Positions 54,413 through 64,000 of a stretch of 64,000 nt of DNA are shown here, in pieces. The first letter of the stretch is position 1. Each line of letters starts with the position of its first letter. This DNA comes from an uncultured delta proteobacterium (lineage in GTDB: Bacteria > Myxococcota_A > Polyangia > Polyangiales > Houyiibacteriaceae), in the NCBI GenBank assembly GCA_963699755.1, contig CAVOVB010000002.1:352001-416000 (forward strand), in the 5' to 3' direction. The notes below the pieces were generated by a model. It saw only the letters and a program-made list of their open reading frames with translations. It was not told where the DNA came from and did no database searches. Made by a program: the position numbers and the translations under genes.

Positions 54413-56032
54413 CTAGGACAGAAGCACTTCGCCGGCTCCACCCACCGCACGAAGCTCGCCCACCTCCAAAATCGGATGACCGTTGACGAAAACGTGCTCG
54501 ATGCCCGACGGCGCCGCATCTCCAGCGTCGTTGACGTGATCACGAACCTCGTTCCAATCGAAGACGACGACATCGGCGGCGGCTCCCTCTTCGAGGCATC
54601 CCCGGTTCTCGAGCCGGAAGCGCTTCGCCGCAGCCCCGGTCATCTTGTGCACCGCCGCTTCGAGTGAGATGGTGCCCCGCTCACGCGCCTTGCGAAGAAA
54701 CCTCGGAAAAGTGCCGAATGCGGCGGGGTTCTGGTGCCCCCCAGGCTCGGGCCAGGAATCGGAAGCGAAGATCGCGGCAGGGTGCCGCATGAGGCGATCG
54801 ATGATCTCGTCGCTGTAGTAGCGGTGGAAGAGCACGCGAGCTTCGGCGTTACTCTTGTCGAGAATGTCGAGCATCGTCTCGAAGCTCGATTTGCCGACTC
54901 GCTCGGCTATCTCCGGAAGGAAGCGCCCGTTATGCTCGTCGTACTCGGCAGAGCCCGCGCTCGTGATTTGCATCTGCGGATAGCCGAAGCCCACCAGCCG
55001 AAACCCGACTTCCGCTTCGACCCGGAGGCGCGCCCGGGCGAAGTGGCTGTGGAGCGCCTCGGGCATGCGGGCCATGAACCACTCGGGAAGGAGCGTGTTG
55101 AGCAAGGTCGCCCCGCAAGCATAGGGAAACATGTCGAAGCAGACGTCCACCCCGTCGGCGATGGCACGGTCGAACAGCCCGATCGCCTCATCGATGGTCT
55201 TCCAGGTTCGGGAGCCAACGAAGATAAGATGCGAGAACTGAAGCCGGACACCGGTGCGTCTCGCCAGCCCGAGCATATCGTCGATCGCCTTGAGATTGTG
55301 GGCCCGGCCGAAGGGTCTCATCGGATAGGTGCCGGAAAACGACGAGTAGGCCTTGGCGTGCGCAGTGAGCAACTTGTCGTGTCGCTTCACGAGACGGGCC
55401 ACGTCATCGAGCTCGTCGAGCTTGGCGAAGACGCCCGGCTTGTATTGGAGGCCGAGGGAGATGCCCGCGGCGCCCTCGCTTAGTGCCAGATCGAGAATCG
55501 CGAGCATCTGCGCATGCTCGGAATCGTTCAGCGCCCGCGCCTCGAAACCAGAGAGCGAGGTGCGGGCGGCGCCGTGGCCGACGAGGAAGACGAAGTTGTG
55601 CGTCAGGCCGAGTCGACCGACGAGCTCGCGATACTCCGCGAAAGTATTCCAATCGAGGGTTTCCCGGGCAGCCTTGAAGAGGGAATTCTCGAGCAGGCTT
55701 CGGTGCTTGGTGCCGGGGGCGAATCCGAAGGGGCTGAAGCCGCAGTTCCCGGCAGCGAAGGTCGTCACCCCCTGCGCGGTGAAAGGATCGAAGTGATGCG
55801 GATCATCGCTCGCAGCGTAGAAGTCCATGTGCGAATGCGCATCGATGAACCCAGGCGCGATGATCTTGCCGGTGCAGTCGATGGGTGTGCCTGCGTCATT
55901 GGGTAGGTCTCCGAGCGCGGCGATGCTCCTGCCATCGAGCAAGACGCTACCGGGCCGAGGAGGAGCACCTGTCCCGTCGACGACCAGGCCGCCTTGCAGA
56001 AGCGTTTTCCGCTCGTGTGGCCGAGTCGTCAT
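54413..56032 (-). CDS. D-aminoacylase family amidohydrolase
   Basis: PGFIDAHSH, GNCG, FGTFPRFL, AVHKMTG, ADVVVFD. Confidence 0.9.
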   Translation of the reverse strand: MTTRPHERKTLLQGGLVVDGTGAPPRPGSVLLDGRSIAALGDLPNDAGTPIDCTGKIIAPGFIDAHSHMDFYAASDDPHHFDPFTAQGVTTFAAGNCGFSPFGFAPGTKHRSLLENSLFKAARETLDWNTFAEYRELVGRLGLTHNFVFLVGHGAARTSLSGFEARALNDSEHAQMLAILDLALSEGAAGISLGLQYKPGVFAKLDELDDVARLVKRHDKLLTAHAKAYSSFSGTYPMRPFGRAHNLKAIDDMLGLARRTGVRLQFSHLIFVGSRTWKTIDEAIGLFDRAIADGVDVCFDMFPYACGATLLNTLLPEWFMARMPEALHSHFARARLRVEAEVGFRLVGFGYPQMQITSAGSAEYDEHNGRFLPEIAERVGKSSFETMLDILDKSNAEARVLFHRYYSDEIIDRLMRHPAAIFASDSWPEPGGHQNPAAFGTFPRFLRKARERGTISLEAAVHKMTGAAAKRFRLENRGCLEEGAAADVVVFDWNEVRDHVNDAGDAAPSGIEHVFVNGHPILEVGELRAVGGAGEVLLS

Positions 56033-56122
56033 GGGTAGCGCTCGCTTACATCAAAGCAGCGTGCTCGACAAAGGCTTTGTTGGTGCACCGACGGCACGGA
56101 ATCGGCTATGGTCCGGTCCAGG

Positions 56123-56737
56123 ATGAACGCTTCGAAACGAAACCACTTTCGCATCGTTCTGACTGGCGGGCCCGGTGGCGGCAAGAGCACGGCTGCCGAC
56201 TTGTTCCGTCGCGAGATCGGAGAGAAAATCGTGGTCGTGCCGGAGACGGCAACGATGCTGTTCACGGGCGGCTTTCCTCGAGTCGGTGAGCAGAGCGCAC
56301 GCGCTGCAACCCAGCAGGCTATTTTCCATGCCCAGGTCGCGCTCGAAGACATCCAGAGCGCGCTCTATCCCGGCCGGGTTCTGCTCTGCGATCGCGGAAC
56401 GATCGATGGAGCTGCCTTCTGGCCCGAAGGCGCGGCCAAGGGCTTCTTCGACACACTGAGCACGAGCCTCGAAGACCAGCTCCGCCGCTATGACGCCGTG
56501 ATCTTTTTCGAATCCGCTGCCGTCGGAGACATCTCGATCGAAGGCGGGAACCCGGTGCGCACCGAGAACAACGAGGAAGCCCGGCGGCTCGACATGCGGC
56601 TCCGGGAGCTCTGGTCCGAGCACCCGAGTTTCCACTTCGTGCCACACTCGGCTTCGTTTTTTTCGAAGCTTCAGGAGGGGCTCCGGCAGCTCGAGGGCAT
56701 CATCGACGACAATGGCCTCCTTCATTCAGGCTCTTAA
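56123..56737 (+). CDS. AAA_28/NadR-type P-loop ATPase
   Basis: IVLTGGPGGGKST, VPETAT, CDRGTIDG. Confidence 0.85.
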   Translation: MNASKRNHFRIVLTGGPGGGKSTAADLFRREIGEKIVVVPETATMLFTGGFPRVGEQSARAATQQAIFHAQVALEDIQSALYPGRVLLCDRGTIDGAAFWPEGAAKGFFDTLSTSLEDQLRRYDAVIFFESAAVGDISIEGGNPVRTENNEEARRLDMRLRELWSEHPSFHFVPHSASFFSKLQEGLRQLEGIIDDNGLLHSGS

Positions 56738-56776
56738 AATGGCCTGACTAACCCATCTATACTAAACGGGGAGATC

Positions 56777-57601
56777 ATGGGGATGTTTCCAATGTTCGGC
56801 GGCTCGCGTGCGAGCCTCGCTTTCGGGCCGGTCGTAGTGTTGCTCCTGCTCACCTCGACCCCGGGCTGCATCAGCCAGATGCAGACCGACATCGCGGCCA
56901 ACCGCAAACGCCTCGACTCTCTCGAAGAGGACTTGGAGGCCAAGCGCAAAGAGCTCGAAGAAGCGCTGGCCGAAGCGAGCCGAGTTCTTCGCCGCAACAG
57001 TGCCGACCAGGGACTGCAAATCGAAGAGATTCAGCAGCGCTTGGCGGCGATGGAAGGCGAGATCGCCGAATCTCGACACGAGATCAGCGGAAGGAACAAG
57101 GAGCAGGCCGAGCGCAGCCTCGAGCTTCAGCGGCGCTTGAGCGAGGTCGCCCGAGCGGCGGGTATGGACGTCCCACTCGACTCGACGGAGATTCCGACGA
57201 ATCAAAAAGCGCACTGGGACGCGCTCAACAAGGCGTATCGCATCAACAAGTATTCGTACACACGCGGGCTTGCGCGAGCGTACGTGGACCGGTACCCCAA
57301 GGACGCACACGCGGACGACGCACAGTACATGATCGGGTCCAGCTACCTAAAGCAGGGTCAGGCGGCGGCGGCGCTCGGCGAGTTTCAGAAAGTTCTATCG
57401 ACGTACCGCAGAGGCGATGTCATCGACAAGACGCTCTTCGACATGTCGCAAGCGTTCTTGGAGGTTCGCTCGTGCAACGATGCAGCAACGGCCCTCAAGG
57501 CCCTCCTGAGGAACCACAAGAGCTCCAAGCTCGCCCCCCAGGCCAAGAAGGGGCTGCGCAAAGTGCAGGCCCTCGGCCCTGCGGATTGCGACGACCGCTA
57601 G
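56777..57601 (+). CDS. cpoB: Tol-Pal associated coiled-coil/TPR protein CpoB (YbgF)
   Basis: Lipobox, coiled coil, YPKD.HADDAQY.IG..Y TPRs; near tol-pal genes. Confidence 0.75.
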   Translation: MGMFPMFGGSRASLAFGPVVVLLLLTSTPGCISQMQTDIAANRKRLDSLEEDLEAKRKELEEALAEASRVLRRNSADQGLQIEEIQQRLAAMEGEIAESRHEISGRNKEQAERSLELQRRLSEVARAAGMDVPLDSTEIPTNQKAHWDALNKAYRINKYSYTRGLARAYVDRYPKDAHADDAQYMIGSSYLKQGQAAAALGEFQKVLSTYRRGDVIDKTLFDMSQAFLEVRSCNDAATALKALLRNHKSSKLAPQAKKGLRKVQALGPADCDDR

Positions 57602-59814
57602 AGGGAGCCCGTCTCGTCCGGCGCGCTCAGGTAGATCGGTGAGGACCAGGCGCGCTCCTGCGTCATCGAGAGGCAATCGTCGTCGAAGGGCACGCGATAG
57701 TCGCCGTAGCAGGGGTCGCAGTCATCGTCGTCACAGCGAAGCAAGCCTGCGTTGACCGCGGCCGTGGGCTCCTGAATCGCGCGAACGTAATAGAGAACCT
57801 CGCGGCCCGCCGACGAATACCAGGGATCTTCGAACTCGACCTCGCAGACGTCGTTCTCCGCAGGACAGGGCACCGTCAGCCAGGGGTCCTCGATGAGGTC
57901 TTCGACAGCCTCGGTCTCGTTCATCTGCCGCATGATGCGGACCACCTCGATGCGCATGATGCGGCGACGTGTGTCGGAGGGGTGGTAGCACTCCCCCGCA
58001 CAGATCCGGTCGATGCGCTCCGAGCCGAGCGCCTCGACCACCTCGTCCGGGCAACCGGGCATCTGTACGAACGCGCCCGCAGCGCGAACCCGGAACTTCG
58101 GGGTACCGGTAAATTCGAGCTGACTGCCCATCGGCACGCGGTCCGGAGCCGCATTGATCAAATCAAACCAGAGCAAGATGCGGTCGCCCGAGGTTCCGTA
58201 GACTTCCCGGTCGAAGAGGGCCTGCCAAATCGCGTCGCGCGTTCGCTTCTTCGCATGCACAGCAACGAGGCCGCCGGTGAGGAAAAAGGACGCTTGTCGC
58301 TCGAGCCAAACCCGACGAAACGGCGGCCTTGCGAAAACCGCTTCCGGGGAAAGCTCGAGGGACTCGTCGCTCTTCTTTGCATCGCCGAAGATGAGCTTGC
58401 GCCATTCTTCGTTCACCACGCCGCGCGCCTCGGTCATCTTCCGACGCTCATATTCCTTGTAGCCCGTGCCCGGACGAGCCGAGTGGTTGTCGCTCGACGC
58501 AATGAAGCCCAGGGTTGCATGCCGTGGTGTCTCGCCTTCTTCAAAGCTCCCGCGCGCCAGGATGTATTGGAGTGAACCGCCTGGGCGGTAGGAGTAGCTC
58601 GGCTGAAAGCAATCGGTGCACTGACCGCAATTGCCCCATTCGCGGAGATCGGTCCCAGGAAGCGTCAGGTATCCCGACACGCCCACGCGAAGGTAGTTCG
58701 CCCGGGCAGCTGCGACTCGCTCTTCGCATGCCTCGGAAAACGGGGATTCGCATCGGCTGCGGATGATCTCGCCAGCGCGCCAACAACAAGCTTCGAAATC
58801 GTCCCGAGGCTCGGGGCAAACCCAGCCATCCTCGGTCTTTTCGGCAGCGCGATAGGTTCGATACTCCTCGGAGTTCCCGTGCCCGGAAAACACTTCGATC
58901 ACGGGTTGCCATTTCGGGTTGTTGCGCCTGGCCTGGAGCTGCTTGTCGTAGTCGTAGCCCGGAGGCGTGTAGAAGCCCCAGGTCGTGCCATGTGGAATCA
59001 CCATCGCGTCGAAGCCCCATTCGTCGAGCTTGCGGAAAAGCGACTCGGGGCTCTCTGCGACCTCGCGGCAATCCGCAGGCAGGTCTGGCGACGCTTGCCC
59101 CTCGGCGCATTGCGATAGGCTGGCGATCTCGCGAACGTGCCGTGCAGCGTCGTTGTACGGCTGATTGTCGGGAAACGCCTCGAGAGGGATTCTCCAGTTG
59201 GCGCGAAGCGTCTCACGGTCGCGAAAGGCCTGTGAGGCAAGGCCGGGCGCGGCGATCGGCCGGCTGGGCAACTGCTCGTCCGCCGTCTCCTTGAAGATCA
59301 CGTTCCGATGACCGAAGTGCGATTCTGGCGTGATGCCGATCTGCGTCCATTCGAAGCCAGTGAATGCGACCAGATCAGGCTGCTCGCTCTGGGCGTCGAC
59401 GGCATTGCACTGCCGAACCGATTCGCGAACCATCTCCCAGGTGCGCGGCGTCAATGCCTCGGCGTGGTCCGTGAGTGAATAGAAATCGAGCTGCGAGCAG
59501 AAGCGGGCGAAGTCACAGGCGTCCGCAGGAGGGTGGACACCTTCCCCGCCCATCAGCGGCAAGCTCCACTGGAAGGCGTCCACCGATAGGGTGGAGTGAA
59601 CGTGGAGATCGCCGAAGAGCACCCGTGTCTCGGCATCGCCGGTGACGACATGCTGCGCTTCCTCGCGGGCGGTCAAGACAGCGCGGTCGAGCGGAGTCGT
59701 GTTGATTTCGCCGTCTACCTGAAGGTTTCCGCCGCCGTAAATACGCCACAACCCGAGGGCGGCGATTGCGAGAACCACGAGCGTCGCCAAGCAGCCCAGC
59801 TTCCAGTTCGCCAT
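57598..59814 (-). CDS. DUF3604 domain protein (PHP-like)
   Basis: FGDLHVHS..S.DA, TDHAE, GFEWT, SSDNH, YYVRAIQEPT, ERAWSSPI. Confidence 0.88.
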   Translation of the reverse strand: MANWKLGCLATLVVLAIAALGLWRIYGGGNLQVDGEINTTPLDRAVLTAREEAQHVVTGDAETRVLFGDLHVHSTLSVDAFQWSLPLMGGEGVHPPADACDFARFCSQLDFYSLTDHAEALTPRTWEMVRESVRQCNAVDAQSEQPDLVAFTGFEWTQIGITPESHFGHRNVIFKETADEQLPSRPIAAPGLASQAFRDRETLRANWRIPLEAFPDNQPYNDAARHVREIASLSQCAEGQASPDLPADCREVAESPESLFRKLDEWGFDAMVIPHGTTWGFYTPPGYDYDKQLQARRNNPKWQPVIEVFSGHGNSEEYRTYRAAEKTEDGWVCPEPRDDFEACCWRAGEIIRSRCESPFSEACEERVAAARANYLRVGVSGYLTLPGTDLREWGNCGQCTDCFQPSYSYRPGGSLQYILARGSFEEGETPRHATLGFIASSDNHSARPGTGYKEYERRKMTEARGVVNEEWRKLIFGDAKKSDESLELSPEAVFARPPFRRVWLERQASFFLTGGLVAVHAKKRTRDAIWQALFDREVYGTSGDRILLWFDLINAAPDRVPMGSQLEFTGTPKFRVRAAGAFVQMPGCPDEVVEALGSERIDRICAGECYHPSDTRRRIMRIEVVRIMRQMNETEAVEDLIEDPWLTVPCPAENDVCEVEFEDPWYSSAGREVLYYVRAIQEPTAAVNAGLLRCDDDDCDPCYGDYRVPFDDDCLSMTQERAWSSPIYLSAPDETGSL

Positions 59815-59842
59815 GGCCGCGGAGGATAGCAGATTCGCGTGC

Positions 59843-61159
59843 TCAGCGGGCCCAGCGAACCGTCTCGGCCACGCCCTCGATGATCTGATTTTGGTCGAGC
59901 CCGTCTTGACTGGAAAGATAGACGCCTGGAGAGCCACGACGGTTCGACGTGAACGCGATCAAACGGCAGTCCGGCGAGAAGGCCGGATCCTTGTTGTCGC
60001 CCTGCCCTTGTGTGAGCCTGGTGTATTCCTGGGTGTCGATGTTGACGGTGAAGATGTCGAATTGGCTGTCGCGCCCGCTGAACGCGATGAGCGGCTGTTT
60101 CGGGTCACCGCACCAGGTCGGCGTCTGATTGTGATTGCCGCGGAATGTGACGCGCTGCACGTTCGTGCCATCGTGGTTCATCGTGAAGATCTGGGGGCTC
60201 CCGTGGCGGTCGGACACGAAGGCCAGCTTGCCGCCCGGTCCGCAGGTCGGGCTCACGTCGATCCCTCGGCTTCGGGTGAGACGTCGGAGACCGGATCCGT
60301 CGACGTTCGAGCTGTAGATCTCGTAGTTCCCAGACCGCGAGGACGAGAAATAGACCCGCTCGCCGCAGATCGAAGGCGCCATCGTGATCCCCTTGCCGCC
60401 GATGACGCGTTTGCCCCCCGCCCGCGTATTCGTGATGAACATGCCCTCTCTCGTCATTCGGGTGTACCAAATCGAGCCCTTCCCGAACGACGGAAGCATC
60501 GACACGCCCCCGCCGCTCGATACCTGCCGGACCCCGTAGCCGTCCATGGCGGCTGCGTAGACGCTCTTCTGGCCAGGCCCATGCTTGCGCGCGAATGCAA
60601 TCTCGGTCCCAAATGGTCCGTAGGTGCCGGTAACGACGCCGATCACCTGGTTGGCGAAATCGTGCATCCACTTGCGGAGCTCGCTCGCAGGACCGCGGTA
60701 GGCGCGACGAAGCGCCGGCACTTCTCCTCCGCTCGATTGATAGAAACGAAGCTCGACGATCAAGCCCGCGCTCGTCCCAAAGACCTGGCCTTTGATGACG
60801 CCATGGGCGCCCAATGCCGCCCACGCGCCGAGGTCGACTCCAAGTCCGAGGCTTTCTGTGTCGTGTCGGACCGAGCTCGGGCCGAGAACGCGGAACCCAG
60901 GCATCAAACGGAAATCATTTTGCAGGACTGCCCCACCCGCCGCCGCGAGCTCCGTCGCGTCACCGAGTAGGTTCGGGATTCCGATCCGAAACACATCCTG
61001 ATCGGGCGCATCGATCTCGACGACGATCTTGTCTTCGGGCAGGGGCGGCGCTTCGTCCTGAGCGCTCACTCGCACCCCCGACAAGACGAGCAGGCCAATC
61101 GCTAGCGCCATCGCGCCCCCTCTACGCAGCCATCGATTCCGAAATTCAATCCAAGTCAT
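59843..61159 (-). CDS. tolB: TolB
   Basis: HDFANQV...TG..G.F.T.IAF, WD40-like PD40 repeats, SDRHGSPQIF. Confidence 0.88.
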   Translation of the reverse strand: MTWIEFRNRWLRRGGAMALAIGLLVLSGVRVSAQDEAPPLPEDKIVVEIDAPDQDVFRIGIPNLLGDATELAAAGGAVLQNDFRLMPGFRVLGPSSVRHDTESLGLGVDLGAWAALGAHGVIKGQVFGTSAGLIVELRFYQSSGGEVPALRRAYRGPASELRKWMHDFANQVIGVVTGTYGPFGTEIAFARKHGPGQKSVYAAAMDGYGVRQVSSGGGVSMLPSFGKGSIWYTRMTREGMFITNTRAGGKRVIGGKGITMAPSICGERVYFSSSRSGNYEIYSSNVDGSGLRRLTRSRGIDVSPTCGPGGKLAFVSDRHGSPQIFTMNHDGTNVQRVTFRGNHNQTPTWCGDPKQPLIAFSGRDSQFDIFTVNIDTQEYTRLTQGQGDNKDPAFSPDCRLIAFTSNRRGSPGVYLSSQDGLDQNQIIEGVAETVRWAR

Positions 61160-61167
61160 CTACAACC

Positions 61168-61986
61168 TCAGCGGGCATGGCGCCCAACGAAAACCAGAGA
61201 GACGGACTTCCCCAAGATTTGACTCACCACCGATTCCGGCGGGGGTGGAAGCTTGGCCCCCTCCGTCTGCCGCAACCTCCGACGAACGGAATCATCGAAC
61301 GCTTCATTCCCGCTCGGCCGTTTCACCTCGTACTCCCCGACCCGCCCATCTTCCGTGATCGAAAGCTCGACCATGCAGGCGAGCTCTTGAAGCTCGTCGT
61401 CGGTTATCAATGTAGGGACCTGCCAGCCCCTTCGGAAGTACGAGTAGAGCTTTCCGATGTAGATCTCCCGTTCATCCCCGCTGGCCTTGGTGCCTTCGAC
61501 GATGCCATCGGGATCGCCTTCGAGCTCGGGTCCTTTCGAAAGGTCTGAAATCGCGCCCGCACGCGCACCGAGTTGTGAAAGAAGATCCTCGTCCCGCTCC
61601 GTGCGCTTCTTCTTCGTCTTGGCGAGGCCCTTCTCCTCGTTTCCCGAGGGCGCCGCAGCCATTGGCTCGGAGTCCGGTGCTTGCGGTACCGCCGCGGTCT
61701 TCTGGGCTGCGGGGATTTCCTTGTTCGGCAGTCGTCGTGACTCCCTCTTCTTCCCGAGACGGACGAAACGAGTCTCGATCACCTCGAGCGGCGCCGGCGG
61801 GAGCTCATCGACGGCGCCACCAAGGATCGTCCCCAGTTCGCCCAGCACGAGCGCGCTCAATAGCGCCAGCGTAGGAGTCAGCACGACGGCGGCCAGTGTG
61901 AAGCCCACCCCTCCAATGATCTCCGAGAGTGTGGGCCGCTCCGTCTCGAGAAGGGAGAGTGCTCGCCAGTCGCTCGCCCCAGACAT
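61168..61986 (-). CDS. tolA: TolA/TonB C-terminal domain protein
   Basis: N-terminal TM, SGNEAFDDSV..LPPPP; position between tolR and tolB. Confidence 0.75.
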   Translation of the reverse strand: MSGASDWRALSLLETERPTLSEIIGGVGFTLAAVVLTPTLALLSALVLGELGTILGGAVDELPPAPLEVIETRFVRLGKKRESRRLPNKEIPAAQKTAAVPQAPDSEPMAAAPSGNEEKGLAKTKKKRTERDEDLLSQLGARAGAISDLSKGPELEGDPDGIVEGTKASGDEREIYIGKLYSYFRRGWQVPTLITDDELQELACMVELSITEDGRVGEYEVKRPSGNEAFDDSVRRRLRQTEGAKLPPPPESVVSQILGKSVSLVFVGRHAR

Positions 61987-61989
61987 GGC

Positions 61990-62415
61990 CTATCTCGGCT
62001 CTCGGGTGAGCGGGTCGGTCACCAGCCCCATCTTTCCAATCCCGGCCTGACGCACGAGGGCGAGCACCTGGGCGACGGCACCGTAGGGAACCTCTTCGTC
62101 CGCTTGAACGAACACTTCATCCACGTCGCGAATCCGCTCGTCGGTGACTAGGCGCTGCCGCAAGACGTCGAGCGAAACCTCTTCGTCGAAGAGAAAGATT
62201 CGCTGGTCGCGTTGCACGGTGATCAGCGGCTGGTCCTCATTGATGTCCATGCGGGGCGCGTCTGCTTTTGGGAGGTCGACGTTCACGCCCGTGGTCAGCA
62301 TCGGCGCGGCAACCATGAAGATGATCAGCAAGACGAGCATGACGTCGACCAGCGGTGTGACGTTGATTTCGCTGAGTGCTCTACCCTCTCCCCCGCTGTC
62401 GTTCGAGAACGCCAT
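61990..62415 (-). CDS. tolR: TolR/ExbD
   Basis: EINVTPLVDVMLVLLIIFMV, ADEEVPYG. Confidence 0.92.
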   Translation of the reverse strand: MAFSNDSGGEGRALSEINVTPLVDVMLVLLIIFMVAAPMLTTGVNVDLPKADAPRMDINEDQPLITVQRDQRIFLFDEEVSLDVLRQRLVTDERIRDVDEVFVQADEEVPYGAVAQVLALVRQAGIGKMGLVTDPLTREPR

Positions 62416-62418
62416 CGT

Positions 62419-63138
62419 CTACTCCACCAACAAGTGGCGACGAATGATATTCAAGTAGTCACTGGCAAAGGCGGCCGTCTCGCTGTCGACGACACGAATT
62501 CGTCGGACGAAGTAGTTGTAGGCCATCACCGCGGGAATCGCGGCGGCCAATCCGATGGCGGTCGCGATCAGCGCCTCAGCGATCCCTGGCGCGACGACGT
62601 CGAGCCCTGCGCTCTTCTCGCCATGGATCGCGATGAAGGAGTTCATCACGCCCCAAACCGTGCCGAAAAGCCCGATGAAAGGGGCGGTCGAGGCGGTGGT
62701 CGCCAAAAATGACACCTTGTTTTCGAGCCGGGTCAGCTCCGCGCTCTGCGCCCGCCGAAGAGCGCGCTCCACGTTGCCGATGTCTTCTCTGGTCGGGCGT
62801 CCCTCGCGAGCGATGCGCCCAAGCTCGCGATAGCCTGCGCGAAATACGGTCGCGATAGGCGAGCGATCGTACGCCGCCGATCGGCTGTGGATCTCATTCA
62901 GCGCCTTTGCGTTCCAGATGCGAGCTCTTTCCTCCGACCAGAATAGCGCGAGAAAGCGCCGGCTCTGATCGGTGACCTGCTTCAAGCGCATCCACTTGGC
63001 CCCGATGATGTACAGACACATCATCAACATGAAGAGCAGGACCAGCAGCACGAACTGGACCACCGGCGAGGCGCCGATGACCAGTTGCCAAGGATTGAGT
63101 TCTTGTGGTGCGCTCGTCTGAAGGAAAACCGACAGCAT
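62419..63138 (-). CDS. tolQ: TolQ/ExbB
   Basis: APFIGLFGTVWGVMNSF, APGIAEALIATAIGL. Confidence 0.93.
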   Translation of the reverse strand: MLSVFLQTSAPQELNPWQLVIGASPVVQFVLLVLLFMLMMCLYIIGAKWMRLKQVTDQSRRFLALFWSEERARIWNAKALNEIHSRSAAYDRSPIATVFRAGYRELGRIAREGRPTREDIGNVERALRRAQSAELTRLENKVSFLATTASTAPFIGLFGTVWGVMNSFIAIHGEKSAGLDVVAPGIAEALIATAIGLAAAIPAVMAYNYFVRRIRVVDSETAAFASDYLNIIRRHLLVE

Positions 63139-63175
63139 CAATGGCCACCCCCCACGAGCGCACCCCCCATCGGCG

Positions 63176-63676
63176 TCAGTTCTCGGAACCGGTCACGTTA
63201 CGGTCGCGCGCCCAGCCCGCTTCGTCGGTGCCAGTCGCCATCTCCTCGCCTACCGAAGTGATCCTGAGGCGGCTGCCATCCAAGCCCAGCGAGATGAGGT
63301 AGCTCCGAACCGAGCTCGCGCGGCGCTCGCCAAGGGCGATGTTGTACTCCTCGGTCCCACGCGGGTCGCACGCACCGGTGAGAAGAAGTGAAAGCCCCGG
63401 ATCTGCTTGACCGCGGTAGCACTCGGCCGCTTCCTGAAGCGCGGCGCGCGCGCTGCTGTCGAGCTCTGCCGAGTCGAACGCAAAATAGACCGTCTCGATG
63501 ACGCAGGGTTCTGCGACAGGCTCGACGGAAATCTCCGGTTCCGGCTCGGGCTCTTCCCAGCCGGTCGTCACCTCGGGCTCGGGCTCCGCCACTTCCTTCT
63601 TGCAGGCCACCAGCATGGTCGCGAAAAGCGCGAGACACATGAGCACGGTGAAAGATGAATTGAGATATCCCTTCAT
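63176..63676 (-). CDS. pal: Peptidoglycan-associated lipoprotein Pal
   Basis: Lipobox LVAC, VYFAFDS, G.CDPRGTEEYNIALGERRA. Confidence 0.92.
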   Translation of the reverse strand: MKGYLNSSFTVLMCLALFATMLVACKKEVAEPEPEVTTGWEEPEPEPEISVEPVAEPCVIETVYFAFDSAELDSSARAALQEAAECYRGQADPGLSLLLTGACDPRGTEEYNIALGERRASSVRSYLISLGLDGSRLRITSVGEEMATGTDEAGWARDRNVTGSEN

Positions 63677-63866
63677 GGAGTTCCTTTTCCTTCCCCTCTT
63701 AACTCAGAGAGCACGAGCGCCAGCATAGTCCCAGGGTGGTTACACGCAATTTCCTATTACCTGCGTGGGGTTAAGTAGGGCACTCTTTCGTCATCTAAAT
63801 ACGCGAAGTCATTTGCCCCGGTCAATGATGTCGCTAATTGTATTGCAGCGATATCGAGCAAGCCGG

Positions 63867-64000
63867 ATGACCCCCAAAGCAGTTTCCCTTCTCGCCCTTC
63901 TGACAGCCCTCAGCCCCGGGTGCAACGGCAGACCCGCCGAAAACCACTCGGAGGCTGCCACCTCAAGGGCGAAGCACGAGCACTCGGCTGGCTCGGAGCA
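63867..64000 (+). CDS. Partial lipoprotein running off the window
   Basis: MTPKAVSLLALLTALSPGC lipobox-like start, open to the window end. Confidence 0.5.
   Translation, partial: MTPKAVSLLALLTALSPGCNGRPAENHSEAATSRAKHEHSAGSE

Noticed and set aside
46990..56032. D-amino-acid scavenging pathway from two aminoacylase-like genes plus GDH
   Set aside because: The genes are not co-operonic and family substrate ranges are broad
19600..60970. Long antisense or alternate-frame ORFs (e.g. 19600-21051, 27046-28329, 28863-30056, 32983-34272, 59813-60970)
   Set aside because: Shadow ORFs of high-GC genes with no motifs

Overview
GC-rich bacterial chromosome segment, most likely Myxococcota/Polyangiales-like (inferred from the many Gly-linker/Cys-rich lipoproteins, the kinase-TPR/PEGA module, FHA/PP2C and sigma54 sites). 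The main structure is a ~21.7-kb genomic island (6713-28394) integrated in tRNA-Thr(CGT) and bounded by a perfect 46-bp direct repeat. Its tyrosine integrase ORF reads through the att core, so excision or integration swaps its C-terminus, as in myxophages Mx8/Mx9. The island looks decayed: an IS3 fragment removes the integrase start, an ISCR/IS91-like transposase sits at the right end with two oriIS-like copies flanking ~4.7 kb, and a tRNA-fMet 3' relic with terminator and many gene fragments are present. Cargo includes two TetR modules with visible operators, sigma54-driven lipoprotein genes and a probable Mn-riboswitch/UPF0016 unit. The flanks are ordinary: POT transporter, phosphomannomutase, phosphoketolase, lipid/acyl-CoA metabolism, amidohydrolases, glutamate dehydrogenase and a rearranged tol-pal locus. 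All calls were made by eye from the sequence and ORF track; no database searches were run.
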